In this document: positions 16,755 to 24,958 of the stretch, in pieces
How the letters are laid out: each line of letters starts with the position of its first letter
Numbering within the stretch: position 1 is the stretch's first letter
Origin: Polyangiaceae bacterium
GTDB lineage: Bacteria > Myxococcota_A > Polyangia > Polyangiales > Polyangiaceae
Direction of reading: 5' to 3'
Length of the DNA stretch: 52,473 nucleotides
Assembly: GCA_035063585.1 (NCBI GenBank)
Contig: JAPSGB010000032.1
Coordinates: forward strand, 1 to 52,473
Notes under the pieces: generated by a model
What the model saw: the letters and a program-made list of their open reading frames with translations, nothing else
What the model was told of the DNA's origin: nothing
Databases searched by the model: none
Position numbers and translations under genes: made by a program

Positions 16755-17747
16755 GTGAGGACGGTGCTCGCGGTCTGGGTGGCGGCGGCGGCGCTCGTCG
16801 GATGCGGCGCACCGGAGTCTGGCGGCCGCGCGAGCGGCGGCGCGAGCGGCACCTCCGGGATGGGCGGCGCGGCCGGCGCGGGCGCCGGCGGCGAGGGCAG
16901 CGGCGGCGCAGCCGGCGACGACGGAGGGCTCGCGCCCGCGCAGGTGTTCGCGACGCTGAGCGCACCGGCGGGCGGGCTCGCGTTCGGGGAGGACGCCGCC
17001 GCGACCCCGGTGCTCTTCGTGAGCGTTCCCTCCACCGACAGCGTGATGCGTGTGAGCGCGACGGGCGCGGTCGAGCTGCTCGCCACGATCCCGTCTCCGA
17101 CCGGCATCGCGCGCACGGCCGCGGGGCGCCTGCTCGTGTGCGGGCAGGGGCCGGCCGGGGATCAAGGCGTGGTCTACGAGGTCGACCCCGCGACCGGCGA
17201 CGCGACCCCGCTCGTCACCGACGCCACGACCCTCGCCGGCAAGCGGCTCTCGGCGATCGCGGTCGCGCCCGACGATCGCGTCCTCTTCTCCGACGACGGC
17301 AGCACCGTGTACCGCGCCGACGCCGACGGCCGGAATCTCTCCATCGCGACCGCGACGGTCGGCAAGCCCACCGCGCTCGCCTTCAGCGCGGACGGCGGCA
17401 CGCTCTACGCCGCGGCCTCGACGGACGGTTCGCTATGGAAGATCATCCGTAACCGAACCCTCGGAAACTACACGACGCCGACCCGGATCGCGAGCGGGCT
17501 CGCGGGGGTGGCCGGCATGGTGGTCCTCGAGAGCGGGGAGCTCATCGTGATCGGCGCGGAGGTCACGCGACTCGCCGGCGACGGCTCGAGCCCGACCACC
17601 CTGCTCGGCCCGGCCGCGCTCACCACCCCCGCCGGCGCCGCGGCCGGCGTGGGGCCGTTCGGTGCCACCTGGCTCTACGCCGGGGAGGCCGGCGCCGTGG
17701 TGCGGCTCAGCTTGCCGGGCACGGCGCTCACCCTACCCGTCCGATGA
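16755..17747 (+). CDS. Lipoprotein with SMP-30/gluconolactonase/NHL-like beta-propeller
   Basis: Lipobox LVGC, Gly-rich linker, repeated P.GI/AL..ADG..LY blades; GTG 16755 preferred because TATGAT lies 7 nt upstream. Confidence 0.72.
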   Translation: MRTVLAVWVAAAALVGCGAPESGGRASGGASGTSGMGGAAGAGAGGEGSGGAAGDDGGLAPAQVFATLSAPAGGLAFGEDAAATPVLFVSVPSTDSVMRVSATGAVELLATIPSPTGIARTAAGRLLVCGQGPAGDQGVVYEVDPATGDATPLVTDATTLAGKRLSAIAVAPDDRVLFSDDGSTVYRADADGRNLSIATATVGKPTALAFSADGGTLYAAASTDGSLWKIIRNRTLGNYTTPTRIASGLAGVAGMVVLESGELIVIGAEVTRLAGDGSSPTTLLGPAALTTPAGAAAGVGPFGATWLYAGEAGAVVRLSLPGTALTLPVR

Positions 17748-18478
17748 GCATGGACGAGTTTCCGACCCTGGAGGTCGCCGCCGCGCTCGGCGTGCTCATC
17801 GCGCTCGCGCGCACCTTCATCCTCGCGCGCGCCTTCGTCCAGCTCACGACCTTGAACCGGCGGCTGGTGCCGCTGGTTGCAGAGAGCCAGCTCGCCCGGG
17901 CGCTCACGCTCTCGGAGGCGGCCGAGCCGACCCCGTACCTGCGCCTGGTGAGACGCGCGCTCTTCGCCTTGCGCGACCTGGAACGGAGCGCCGAGCCGAG
18001 CCAGGCGCGCCAGACGCTGGAGCAGGCGGTCGACGCGGCCTACGCGGTGGAGGCTCGGCGCGCTCAGAGCGGGAGCGCGCACGATCTCGTCGCGCTCACC
18101 ATCCTGTCGAGCACCTGCGTGTACGCGGCCGGCACCGCGCTCGGTGTGAGCCGCTGGTTCTATGCGCTCGGCGGAGCGGCGGTGCTCCTGCTCGCCTGGA
18201 ACGTGTGGGCGCGCCCCGCGGTGCTCGCTCGCGCGCGCGCCGCCGTGCTCCCGCTCATCGAGGCGGCAGAGCGCGCCGCCCTCGAAGCGGGAGCCACGGC
18301 GCCGGCGCACGCTCCGCGGGAGGCGAGCTCGCGCTGTCCAGAGTGCGGCGGGCGGCTCGACCCGCTCGGGCACGGCGGTCGCCTCGTGACGCCGGACGGT
18401 CGGGAGCGCGGGCTCACCGAGCTCGCGGTGTGCTCGGGCTGCGGGCGCATCGGCGGCCGGGCCCAGGACGACGGGTAG
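17744..18478 (+). CDS. Membrane protein (about 3 TM) with C-terminal CxxC...CxxC zinc ribbon
   Basis: ATGA overlap with the upstream gene; CPECGG and CSGCG near the C-terminus; hydrophobic segments. Confidence 0.65.
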   Translation: MSMDEFPTLEVAAALGVLIALARTFILARAFVQLTTLNRRLVPLVAESQLARALTLSEAAEPTPYLRLVRRALFALRDLERSAEPSQARQTLEQAVDAAYAVEARRAQSGSAHDLVALTILSSTCVYAAGTALGVSRWFYALGGAAVLLLAWNVWARPAVLARARAAVLPLIEAAERAALEAGATAPAHAPREASSRCPECGGRLDPLGHGGRLVTPDGRERGLTELAVCSGCGRIGGRAQDDG

Positions 18479-18518
18479 CTTGCGTCGCCGGCCCCGCCGC
18501 GACAAGTTCCGCGGCCTG

Positions 18519-19259
18519 ATGGACGCCACCGGAAGCCACGAGTCGAATCGCCGCTACTACGACGCGTTCAGCGCGGGGTACGAGGCCCATCGCGGCGAGA
18601 ACGATCCGGGCGGCTACCACGAGCTCCTCGACGAGCTCGAGGCCGGGCTGGTCGAGCGCTACGGCGCTGGCCGGGACGTGCTCGAGGTCGGCTGCGGCAC
18701 CGGGCTCGTGCTGCAGCGAATCGCCGGCTTCGCGCGGAGCGCCGAGGGCGTCGATCTCTCACCCGGCATGCTCGAGCGCGCCCGCGCGCGCGGCCTCGCG
18801 GTGCGCGAGGCGTCGGCGACCGCGCTCCCCTTCGCCGACGCCAGCTTCGACGTCACCTGCGCGTTCAAGGTGCTCGCGCACGTGCCGGACATCGAGGGCG
18901 CGCTCGCCGAGATGGCGCGGGTGACGCGGCCCGGTGGCGTGGTCATCGCCGAGTTTTACAATCCGCACAGCCTGCGCGGGCTCGTGAAGCGGTTCGGCCC
19001 GGCCGGGCGCATCGCCGAGGGCGCCAACGAGAGCCACGTCTACACGCGCTTCGACTCGCCGCGCGCGGTCCGCGCGCTCACGCCGCCCGGGTGCCGCCTG
19101 CTCACGGCGCGCGGCGTCCGCATCGTGACGCCGACCGCGATGGTCTTTCGCTACCCGCTCGCGCGCGCGCTCTTCCGCTCGGCCGAGCGCGCCCTCTGCG
19201 ACTCACCCGCGCGCGTCTTCGGCGGCTTCTACCTCGCGGTGTTCGAGAAGCGCGCCTGA
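18519..19259 (+). CDS. Class I SAM-dependent methyltransferase
   Basis: VLEVGCGTG, GVDLSPGML, LPFADASFDV, EMARVTRPGG. Confidence 0.92.
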   Translation: MDATGSHESNRRYYDAFSAGYEAHRGENDPGGYHELLDELEAGLVERYGAGRDVLEVGCGTGLVLQRIAGFARSAEGVDLSPGMLERARARGLAVREASATALPFADASFDVTCAFKVLAHVPDIEGALAEMARVTRPGGVVIAEFYNPHSLRGLVKRFGPAGRIAEGANESHVYTRFDSPRAVRALTPPGCRLLTARGVRIVTPTAMVFRYPLARALFRSAERALCDSPARVFGGFYLAVFEKRA

Positions 19260-19291
19260 CCCCGGCGCCGGCCGCGCCGGACCGGCCCGCC

Positions 19292-20260
19292 CTAGAACGT
19301 CCCGGTGAGCCCGAGCGCGGCGCCCTCGCGATCGACGGCGAACGAGGGCGCGACCCGAACGCGGCTCACCTCCTCGAACTCGCGCGGGAGCGCGCGTCGC
19401 CGCGTCTCGCGAAACTCGGGGACGAACGCGAGCTGCGACTGCGCGATGCCGAGCGCGGCCACGCCGACGAAGGCCCAACCGGTCACTATCAAGACGGTCT
19501 GGGCGTTTCGATCGCGCTCTTCCTTGACGCTGCTCTTGCCCGAATCGAACGCCTGCTCGTGGTAGTAGGAGCGGAGCACCATCGCGCCGAAGGCGGTGCC
19601 GCCGAGCGCGACCTCGCTCGCGAGGAACGCCCACCCGAGCCCGGCGTCGCCGTTCTGGAACTGCCCCACGCCGAAGGGGATGGCGGCGATCCAGCGGCGA
19701 TTGCGGGTGGTGACGGTCTCCTCGGCGGCGTAGCGCTTCAGCTCCTCGACCCGCCGCTTGCGCGCCTCCTCCGAGGCGCGGGTGCGCGCGGCCTCGGCCT
19801 CGGCGCGGCGGATGCGCTCCTCGTCCGCCTTCCTGATCTCGCCGAGCAACGTCTCGCGGACGCGCATGAAGCGATCGACGACCTCGGGGGGGAAGACCAG
19901 GCTGTCGGGGGCGCGCATCTGGGGGTTCGCGCGGATCGCCTGGCGAAGCGGGTCGTCCGCCTCGCCGGGGTGGCCGCTGCCGATGAGACACGCCGCCTGG
20001 TAGACCCGCGCGACCTCGATGAGGCCCGGGTCGGAGAGCCGCGACGAGCTCTTCGGATCGAGCAGCCCGCCGAGGGACTCGGCGCACTCCGCGTAGTGCC
20101 CGGCCTCGTAGAGGCTGGTCGCGCGCGCGAGCGCGGCCTCGTCACTCACCGGATCGGCGGCGGGCGCGGCCGGGCGCGGCACCTGCGCGCGGACGGGGGG
20201 CGCGACCGACAGCGCCGCGGTGAGCCACAGCCCGGCTCCAAGTGCTCGAAGTGTCCTCAT
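19292..20260 (-). CDS. Exported TPR-like protein with hydrophobic C-terminal region
   Basis: Signal peptide ending VRA-Q, helical A..LYEAG.Y..C repeat, PFGVGQFQNG motif, C-terminal LGLTGTF. Confidence 0.7.
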   Translation of the reverse strand: MRTLRALGAGLWLTAALSVAPPVRAQVPRPAAPAADPVSDEAALARATSLYEAGHYAECAESLGGLLDPKSSSRLSDPGLIEVARVYQAACLIGSGHPGEADDPLRQAIRANPQMRAPDSLVFPPEVVDRFMRVRETLLGEIRKADEERIRRAEAEAARTRASEEARKRRVEELKRYAAEETVTTRNRRWIAAIPFGVGQFQNGDAGLGWAFLASEVALGGTAFGAMVLRSYYHEQAFDSGKSSVKEERDRNAQTVLIVTGWAFVGVAALGIAQSQLAFVPEFRETRRRALPREFEEVSRVRVAPSFAVDREGAALGLTGTF

Positions 20261-20292
20261 TCACGCCACCCGGCTCGGGCGCACCTGCGCGC

Positions 20293-22140
20293 CTAGGGCC
20301 AGGAGATGTTGAAGGTTCGACCGGGCCTCAGGGTAACGTCAACCTGTTTGGGCGAGGCCCCGCTCCCGGGCGGCGGAAACAGCGTGCAGGAGTCCTCGAG
20401 CGTCGGGCCGTTGTTCATGAGCACCTGCCGCTGGCCCGGAGCGGTGAGTCGACCCGCGAAGAGCGCGGCGCAGGTGAGCTCGGTGCCGACCGGCCCGCTC
20501 AGCTGGATCACCGCGGGGCGAAACCGGATCTCGTAGGAGACGACCTGGAGGTCGGGCGTGTCGCGAACCAGGTAGGAAAGCGGCTTCGGCGGCTCGCAGC
20601 AGTCGGCGTTCGGGGGAACGAAGTCGAAGCGGTGCTCGCCGACCGTGAGCTCGTAGGTCTTGGCGAACGGGCTCTCGGCCGGACCGCCGTCCACGCTGAC
20701 GCGCCCGCCGCCGGCCCCCTTGATGACCACCCGGACTCGCCCGAAGCGCGAGCTCACCGGCGCCGTCGGCGGCCGCAGAGGCGCGTGACTCGCCGTCTTC
20801 GGCGCGGACGGCGCCCGCGCGTCGGGCTCGCCGAGCGGCTCCGCGGCGATGGGCCGCTCGGCCGACGCGCTCGCTCGGGGCGCCGGGCGACCGGGCGGCC
20901 GCGCGCTCGCGCCCTCGAGCGGCCCCGCGGACGGACGGCTGAGCGAGCGGGTCACCCCGAAGGCGAGCCCACCGAAGAGGAGCCCTGCCCCGGCCACCAT
21001 CGCGGAGCGCGCGGCGAGCCGGCGCAGTCGCGCGGCGCGAGCGAGCCCGGCGACCTCGGAGAGCAGCTTCACGTCATCCGGGCGAAACGCGAGCGCGCGG
21101 TTGAAGCACGCGGCGGCGAGCAGCGGCTCACGCGCGGCGCGCGCCGCCTTGCCGCGCGCGACCAGGCGCTCGACGATCCGCGGCTCATACGCCTCGAGGT
21201 AACCGGCCGGATCGCGGAGGTACTCGGCGAGCTCGCGCGGCGGATCGTCGAAGCCGAGCGCGGAGAGCTCGGCGCGGAGCGCGCCGGCGAGCTCCGCCGC
21301 GCTCGCCCAGCGCTCACCCGCCTCGCGCTTCAGCGCAAGGTCCGCGATCTCGCTGAAGCGGGCGCCTACCGTGCGGCGCGCGCGCTCGGCGGGCAGGTAC
21401 GTCCCGTCGAGGACGCGCCGCAGCACCTGCGCGGGGTTCTTGCCGTCGAAGGGCAGCTTCCCGACCAGGCACTCGTAGAGGAGCACGCCGGCACCGAACA
21501 CGTCCGCGGCCGCGCTCACCTCGCCTCCCTCGATCTGCTCGGGCGCCATGTGCGCCGGCGACCCGAGCACCTGCCCGGTCGAGGTGACGCCCTGCGCGTC
21601 GAGGAGCTTGGCGATGCCGAAATCGGTGAGCTTGACGCGCGCGAGGCACTCCCGCGAGCCGGCCCCGCCCGGGCGCGACGGCGTCTCGACCCCCGGCGGC
21701 TCGACCAGCACGTTCTCGGGCTTCACGTCGCGGTGCACGACGCCGCGCTCGTGCGCGTGCTCGAGCGCGGCGGCGATCTCGAGCACCAGCGCGGCGGCGA
21801 TCTCGGCCGGCAAGTGCCCGCGCTCGGCGATGAGCCGGCGGAGCGTGGTGCCCCGCACCAGCTCGACCACGAGGAAGCGCTCGGCCTCGTCCTCGTCCGA
21901 GACGTCGTAGACCTCGACGATGTTCGGGTGGCGGAGCTTGGCGACCGCGCGCGCCTCGCTCGAGAAGCGCGCGGCCACCTCGCGGTTCTCGCGCAGGTGC
22001 CGGTGGATGATCTTGACCGCGACGTCGCGCCCGAGCCGGCGGTCGCGCGCGCGATACACGGTCGCCATCCCGCCGTGCCCGAGCTCTTCGAGGAGCTCGT
22101 ACTTGTCGAGCTCGGGCAGGTACTCGGGGACCGCGCTCAT
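20293..22140 (-). CDS. Membrane-anchored Hanks-type Ser/Thr protein kinase
   Basis: LGHGGMATV, VAVK, HRDVKPEN, DFG, GSPAHMAPE, then a TPR-like helix, one TM segment and a beta-rich external domain; start ATG 22140. Confidence 0.95.
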   Translation of the reverse strand: MSAVPEYLPELDKYELLEELGHGGMATVYRARDRRLGRDVAVKIIHRHLRENREVAARFSSEARAVAKLRHPNIVEVYDVSDEDEAERFLVVELVRGTTLRRLIAERGHLPAEIAAALVLEIAAALEHAHERGVVHRDVKPENVLVEPPGVETPSRPGGAGSRECLARVKLTDFGIAKLLDAQGVTSTGQVLGSPAHMAPEQIEGGEVSAAADVFGAGVLLYECLVGKLPFDGKNPAQVLRRVLDGTYLPAERARRTVGARFSEIADLALKREAGERWASAAELAGALRAELSALGFDDPPRELAEYLRDPAGYLEAYEPRIVERLVARGKAARAAREPLLAAACFNRALAFRPDDVKLLSEVAGLARAARLRRLAARSAMVAGAGLLFGGLAFGVTRSLSRPSAGPLEGASARPPGRPAPRASASAERPIAAEPLGEPDARAPSAPKTASHAPLRPPTAPVSSRFGRVRVVIKGAGGGRVSVDGGPAESPFAKTYELTVGEHRFDFVPPNADCCEPPKPLSYLVRDTPDLQVVSYEIRFRPAVIQLSGPVGTELTCAALFAGRLTAPGQRQVLMNNGPTLEDSCTLFPPPGSGASPKQVDVTLRPGRTFNISWP

Positions 22141-23537
22141 GGCACCTCTTCCACTCTGAGCGCGTTGGTCGAGCCCGACTCGCCGAGCGGAGCGCCGTAG
22201 ACGATGACGTACCGCTCGCCCGACGCCACCAGTCCGGCACCGACCAGGAGCGCGCGCGTCCGCCGGACCAGATCGTCGATGTCGGTCGCGACGTCGAAGA
22301 AGCGCGGTGAGATCCCCCAGTAGAGGCAGAGTCGCCGGAGCGTCCGCGGATCGGGCGAGACGCCGATGACGGGCGTGAGCGGCCGCGCGGCGGAGACGAG
22401 CCGAGCGGTGCCGCCGTTCTGGGTGAGCGCGACCACCACCCGCGCGCCGATCTCGCGGGCGACCCGGCACGCGGCGTAAGCGATCGCGTCCGGCGTGCCC
22501 GCGCTCGGCGCCTCGACGACCGGCGCATGAAAGCGGCTCGCCTCCGCCTCGCGCACGATGCGATCCATCATCTGGCAGGCGAGCTCCGGGTACTGCCCGG
22601 TCGCGGTCTCCGCCGAGAGCATCACCGCGTCGGCGCCGTCGAACACCGCGCCGGCGACGTCGCTCGCCTCCGCGCGCGTAGGCCGCGGCGCGGCGACCAT
22701 CGACTGGAGCATCTCGGTCGCCACGATGACCGGGCGCCGCTCGGTGCGGCAGGCCTCGATGATCCGCTTCTGCAAGACCGGCACCGTCTCGGGCGGGAGC
22801 TCCACGCCGAGATCTCCGCGCGCCACCATCACCGCGTCCGAGGCCGCCACGATGGCTTCGATGGCCCCGACCGCGGCCGGCGTCTCGATCTTGGCGATCA
22901 CCGGCACCACCGCTCCGAGCCGCGCGATGCGGGCCTTCAGCGAGGCGATGTCCACCGCGCTCTTTACGAACGACAGCGCCACGTAGTCGACGCCGATGGC
23001 GAGGCCGTGCTCGAGATCTCGCTCGTCCTTGGCCGTGAGCGCGTCGAGCCTGAGGCGCCCGGACGGCAGGTTGACCCCCATCTTTGCGCGGAGCTCGCCG
23101 CCGTGCTGGACGTGACACTCGAGCCGGTCGCCACGCCGGCCGAGCACCCGGAGCTCGACGCGCCCGTCGCCGAGCAGGATGGCGTCGCCCGGCTTCAGCT
23201 CCTCTGCCACCGCCGCGTAGTCGACCGCGATGGTGCCCGCGTCGCCCGCGTCGCCGGCGCGGAGCGCGATGGTCTCCCCCGAGGTGACCCGCGCGGGCCC
23301 GACCGTCGCGGTCCGGATCTTCGGGCCGCACAGGTCCTGCAGGAGCGCCACGGGACGCCCGGCCGCCGCGCTCGCCTCGCGCACCAGCGCGGCCACGTGC
23401 GCGTGCCCCTCGTGCGTCCCGTGCGAGTAGTTGAGGCGGGCGACGTCCATGCCGGCGTCGACCAGCGCGCGCAGGGCCTCGCGCGAGTCCGTCGCGGGCC
23501 CGATGGTGCACACGATCTTGGCGCGACGAGCCGACAT
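22137..23537 (-). CDS. pyk: Pyruvate kinase
   Basis: RRAKIVCTIGPAT, ARLNYSHG, DLCGPKIRT, IAKIE, MVARGDLGVE, ATEMLQSM, PTRAEASDV. Confidence 0.97.
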   Translation of the reverse strand: MSARRAKIVCTIGPATDSREALRALVDAGMDVARLNYSHGTHEGHAHVAALVREASAAAGRPVALLQDLCGPKIRTATVGPARVTSGETIALRAGDAGDAGTIAVDYAAVAEELKPGDAILLGDGRVELRVLGRRGDRLECHVQHGGELRAKMGVNLPSGRLRLDALTAKDERDLEHGLAIGVDYVALSFVKSAVDIASLKARIARLGAVVPVIAKIETPAAVGAIEAIVAASDAVMVARGDLGVELPPETVPVLQKRIIEACRTERRPVIVATEMLQSMVAAPRPTRAEASDVAGAVFDGADAVMLSAETATGQYPELACQMMDRIVREAEASRFHAPVVEAPSAGTPDAIAYAACRVAREIGARVVVALTQNGGTARLVSAARPLTPVIGVSPDPRTLRRLCLYWGISPRFFDVATDIDDLVRRTRALLVGAGLVASGERYVIVYGAPLGESGSTNALRVEEVP

Positions 23538-23684
23538 CCGACCGCCGAGAGCATGCCATAGCCGCTCACCGCCGGTGTATGGGGATGTCGGTTCGGCGCG
23601 GAACCGGCCGTTTCGGCAGCCCCGGCGTGTCGCTCGGCGATTTGCGCGTTGCCCGGACCCCGGTCCCTGACTATTGGAGCGGAA

Positions 23685-24941
23685 ATGCACGGATTTCGGC
23701 GCGACGAGCGCGGCGCTGCCTGCTTCGGCGAGACCCCCCTCGAGAGCCTGCTGGCCGAGGCCGGCGTCGGCACGCCCGCCTACCTCTACGACCTCGACGC
23801 CATCGCGGACGAGGCTCACGCCCTCATCGCGGCCTTCGGCGACGCGCCGCACCTCATCGCGTACGCGGTGAAGGCCTGCACCGCCGGCTCGGTGGTGCGC
23901 GCGCTCGCGCGCCTCGGCGTCGGGGCCGACGTCGTCTCCGGAGCCGAGCTCGAGGTGGCGCTCGGCTGCGGGGTTCCGCCCGAGAAGATCGTGATGAGCG
24001 GCGTCGCGAAGTCGAACGACGAGGTCGACCGAGCCATCGCCGCCGGCATCTGCGCCATCCAGCTCGAGAGCGTGGAGGAGATCGCGCGGGTCGCGGCGCG
24101 AGCCGGCGCGGCGTCGCGGCGCGCGCGGGTTTCGTTGCGGCTCAACCCCGGCGTCGAAATCGACTCGCACGCCCACGTCGCGACCGGCCACGACGAAGCG
24201 AAGTTCGGCATCGCGAAGGACGACGTGAGCGAGGCGTGGCGACAAATCGACGCCGCGCCGTCCGAGCTCCACGGGGTCGGGCTCTCGACCCACGTCGGCT
24301 CGATGCTCCACGACCCGCCGCTCTACCTCGAGAGCGCGCGCGCGGTGTGCGACGCGGCTCGCGCCCGACGCGCGGGCCGTCACACGCTCGAGTTCGTCGA
24401 TTTCGGCGGCGGCTTCGGCATCGACTACGGGAAGCAGCCGGTGCGACCGCCAGCGGACTTCGTGCGCGCCGCGCTCGAGCTGCTCCGCGCGGAAGGCCTC
24501 GGCGAGCTCCGGCTCATCGTGGAGCCGGGGCGCGCGCTGGTCGGCGCGCATGGCGTCCTGCTCGCCTCCGTGCTCCAGGGCAAGCGCGCCCACGGGCGTC
24601 GCTGGGCGATGATCGACGCGGGTATGAACGATCTCATCCGTCCGGCGCTCTACGCCGCTTGGCACCGCGTCGAGCCGCTCGAGCGGGCGCCGGGGGGAGC
24701 GAGTTGGCGCGTGGTGGGCCCGGTGTGCGAGAGCTCCGACGACTTCGGCGAGCACCCGCTCGGGGACTCGTTGCCCGAGCGCGTGGTGCTCCGAGACGCG
24801 GGCGCCTACGGCTTCACCATGGCGAGCGAATACAACGGCCGCCCGCTGCCCGCCGAGGTGTTCGTCGCGGCCGGCCGCGTCGCCCGAGTGAGTCGGAGCC
24901 CGGGCGCGACCGCCTGGACCCGGCGGCGGCTCGAGGCCTGA
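23685..24941 (+). CDS. lysA: Diaminopimelate decarboxylase
   Basis: TPAYLYD, YAVKA (PLP lysine), TGH..AKFG, HVGS, DFGGGFG, EPGR, GPVCESSD, GAYG..MAS.YN. Confidence 0.93.
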   Translation: MHGFRRDERGAACFGETPLESLLAEAGVGTPAYLYDLDAIADEAHALIAAFGDAPHLIAYAVKACTAGSVVRALARLGVGADVVSGAELEVALGCGVPPEKIVMSGVAKSNDEVDRAIAAGICAIQLESVEEIARVAARAGAASRRARVSLRLNPGVEIDSHAHVATGHDEAKFGIAKDDVSEAWRQIDAAPSELHGVGLSTHVGSMLHDPPLYLESARAVCDAARARRAGRHTLEFVDFGGGFGIDYGKQPVRPPADFVRAALELLRAEGLGELRLIVEPGRALVGAHGVLLASVLQGKRAHGRRWAMIDAGMNDLIRPALYAAWHRVEPLERAPGGASWRVVGPVCESSDDFGEHPLGDSLPERVVLRDAGAYGFTMASEYNGRPLPAEVFVAAGRVARVSRSPGATAWTRRRLEA

Positions 24942-24958
24942 CTCCGCCCGGGGCCCGC

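Noticed and set aside
20293..24755. Apparent 1088-aa kinase and 872-aa pyruvate kinase, or a pyk-kinase frameshift fusion
   Set aside because: The N-terminal extensions are off-frame or antisense read-through of neighbours; both genes have proper starts and a normal ATGA overlap
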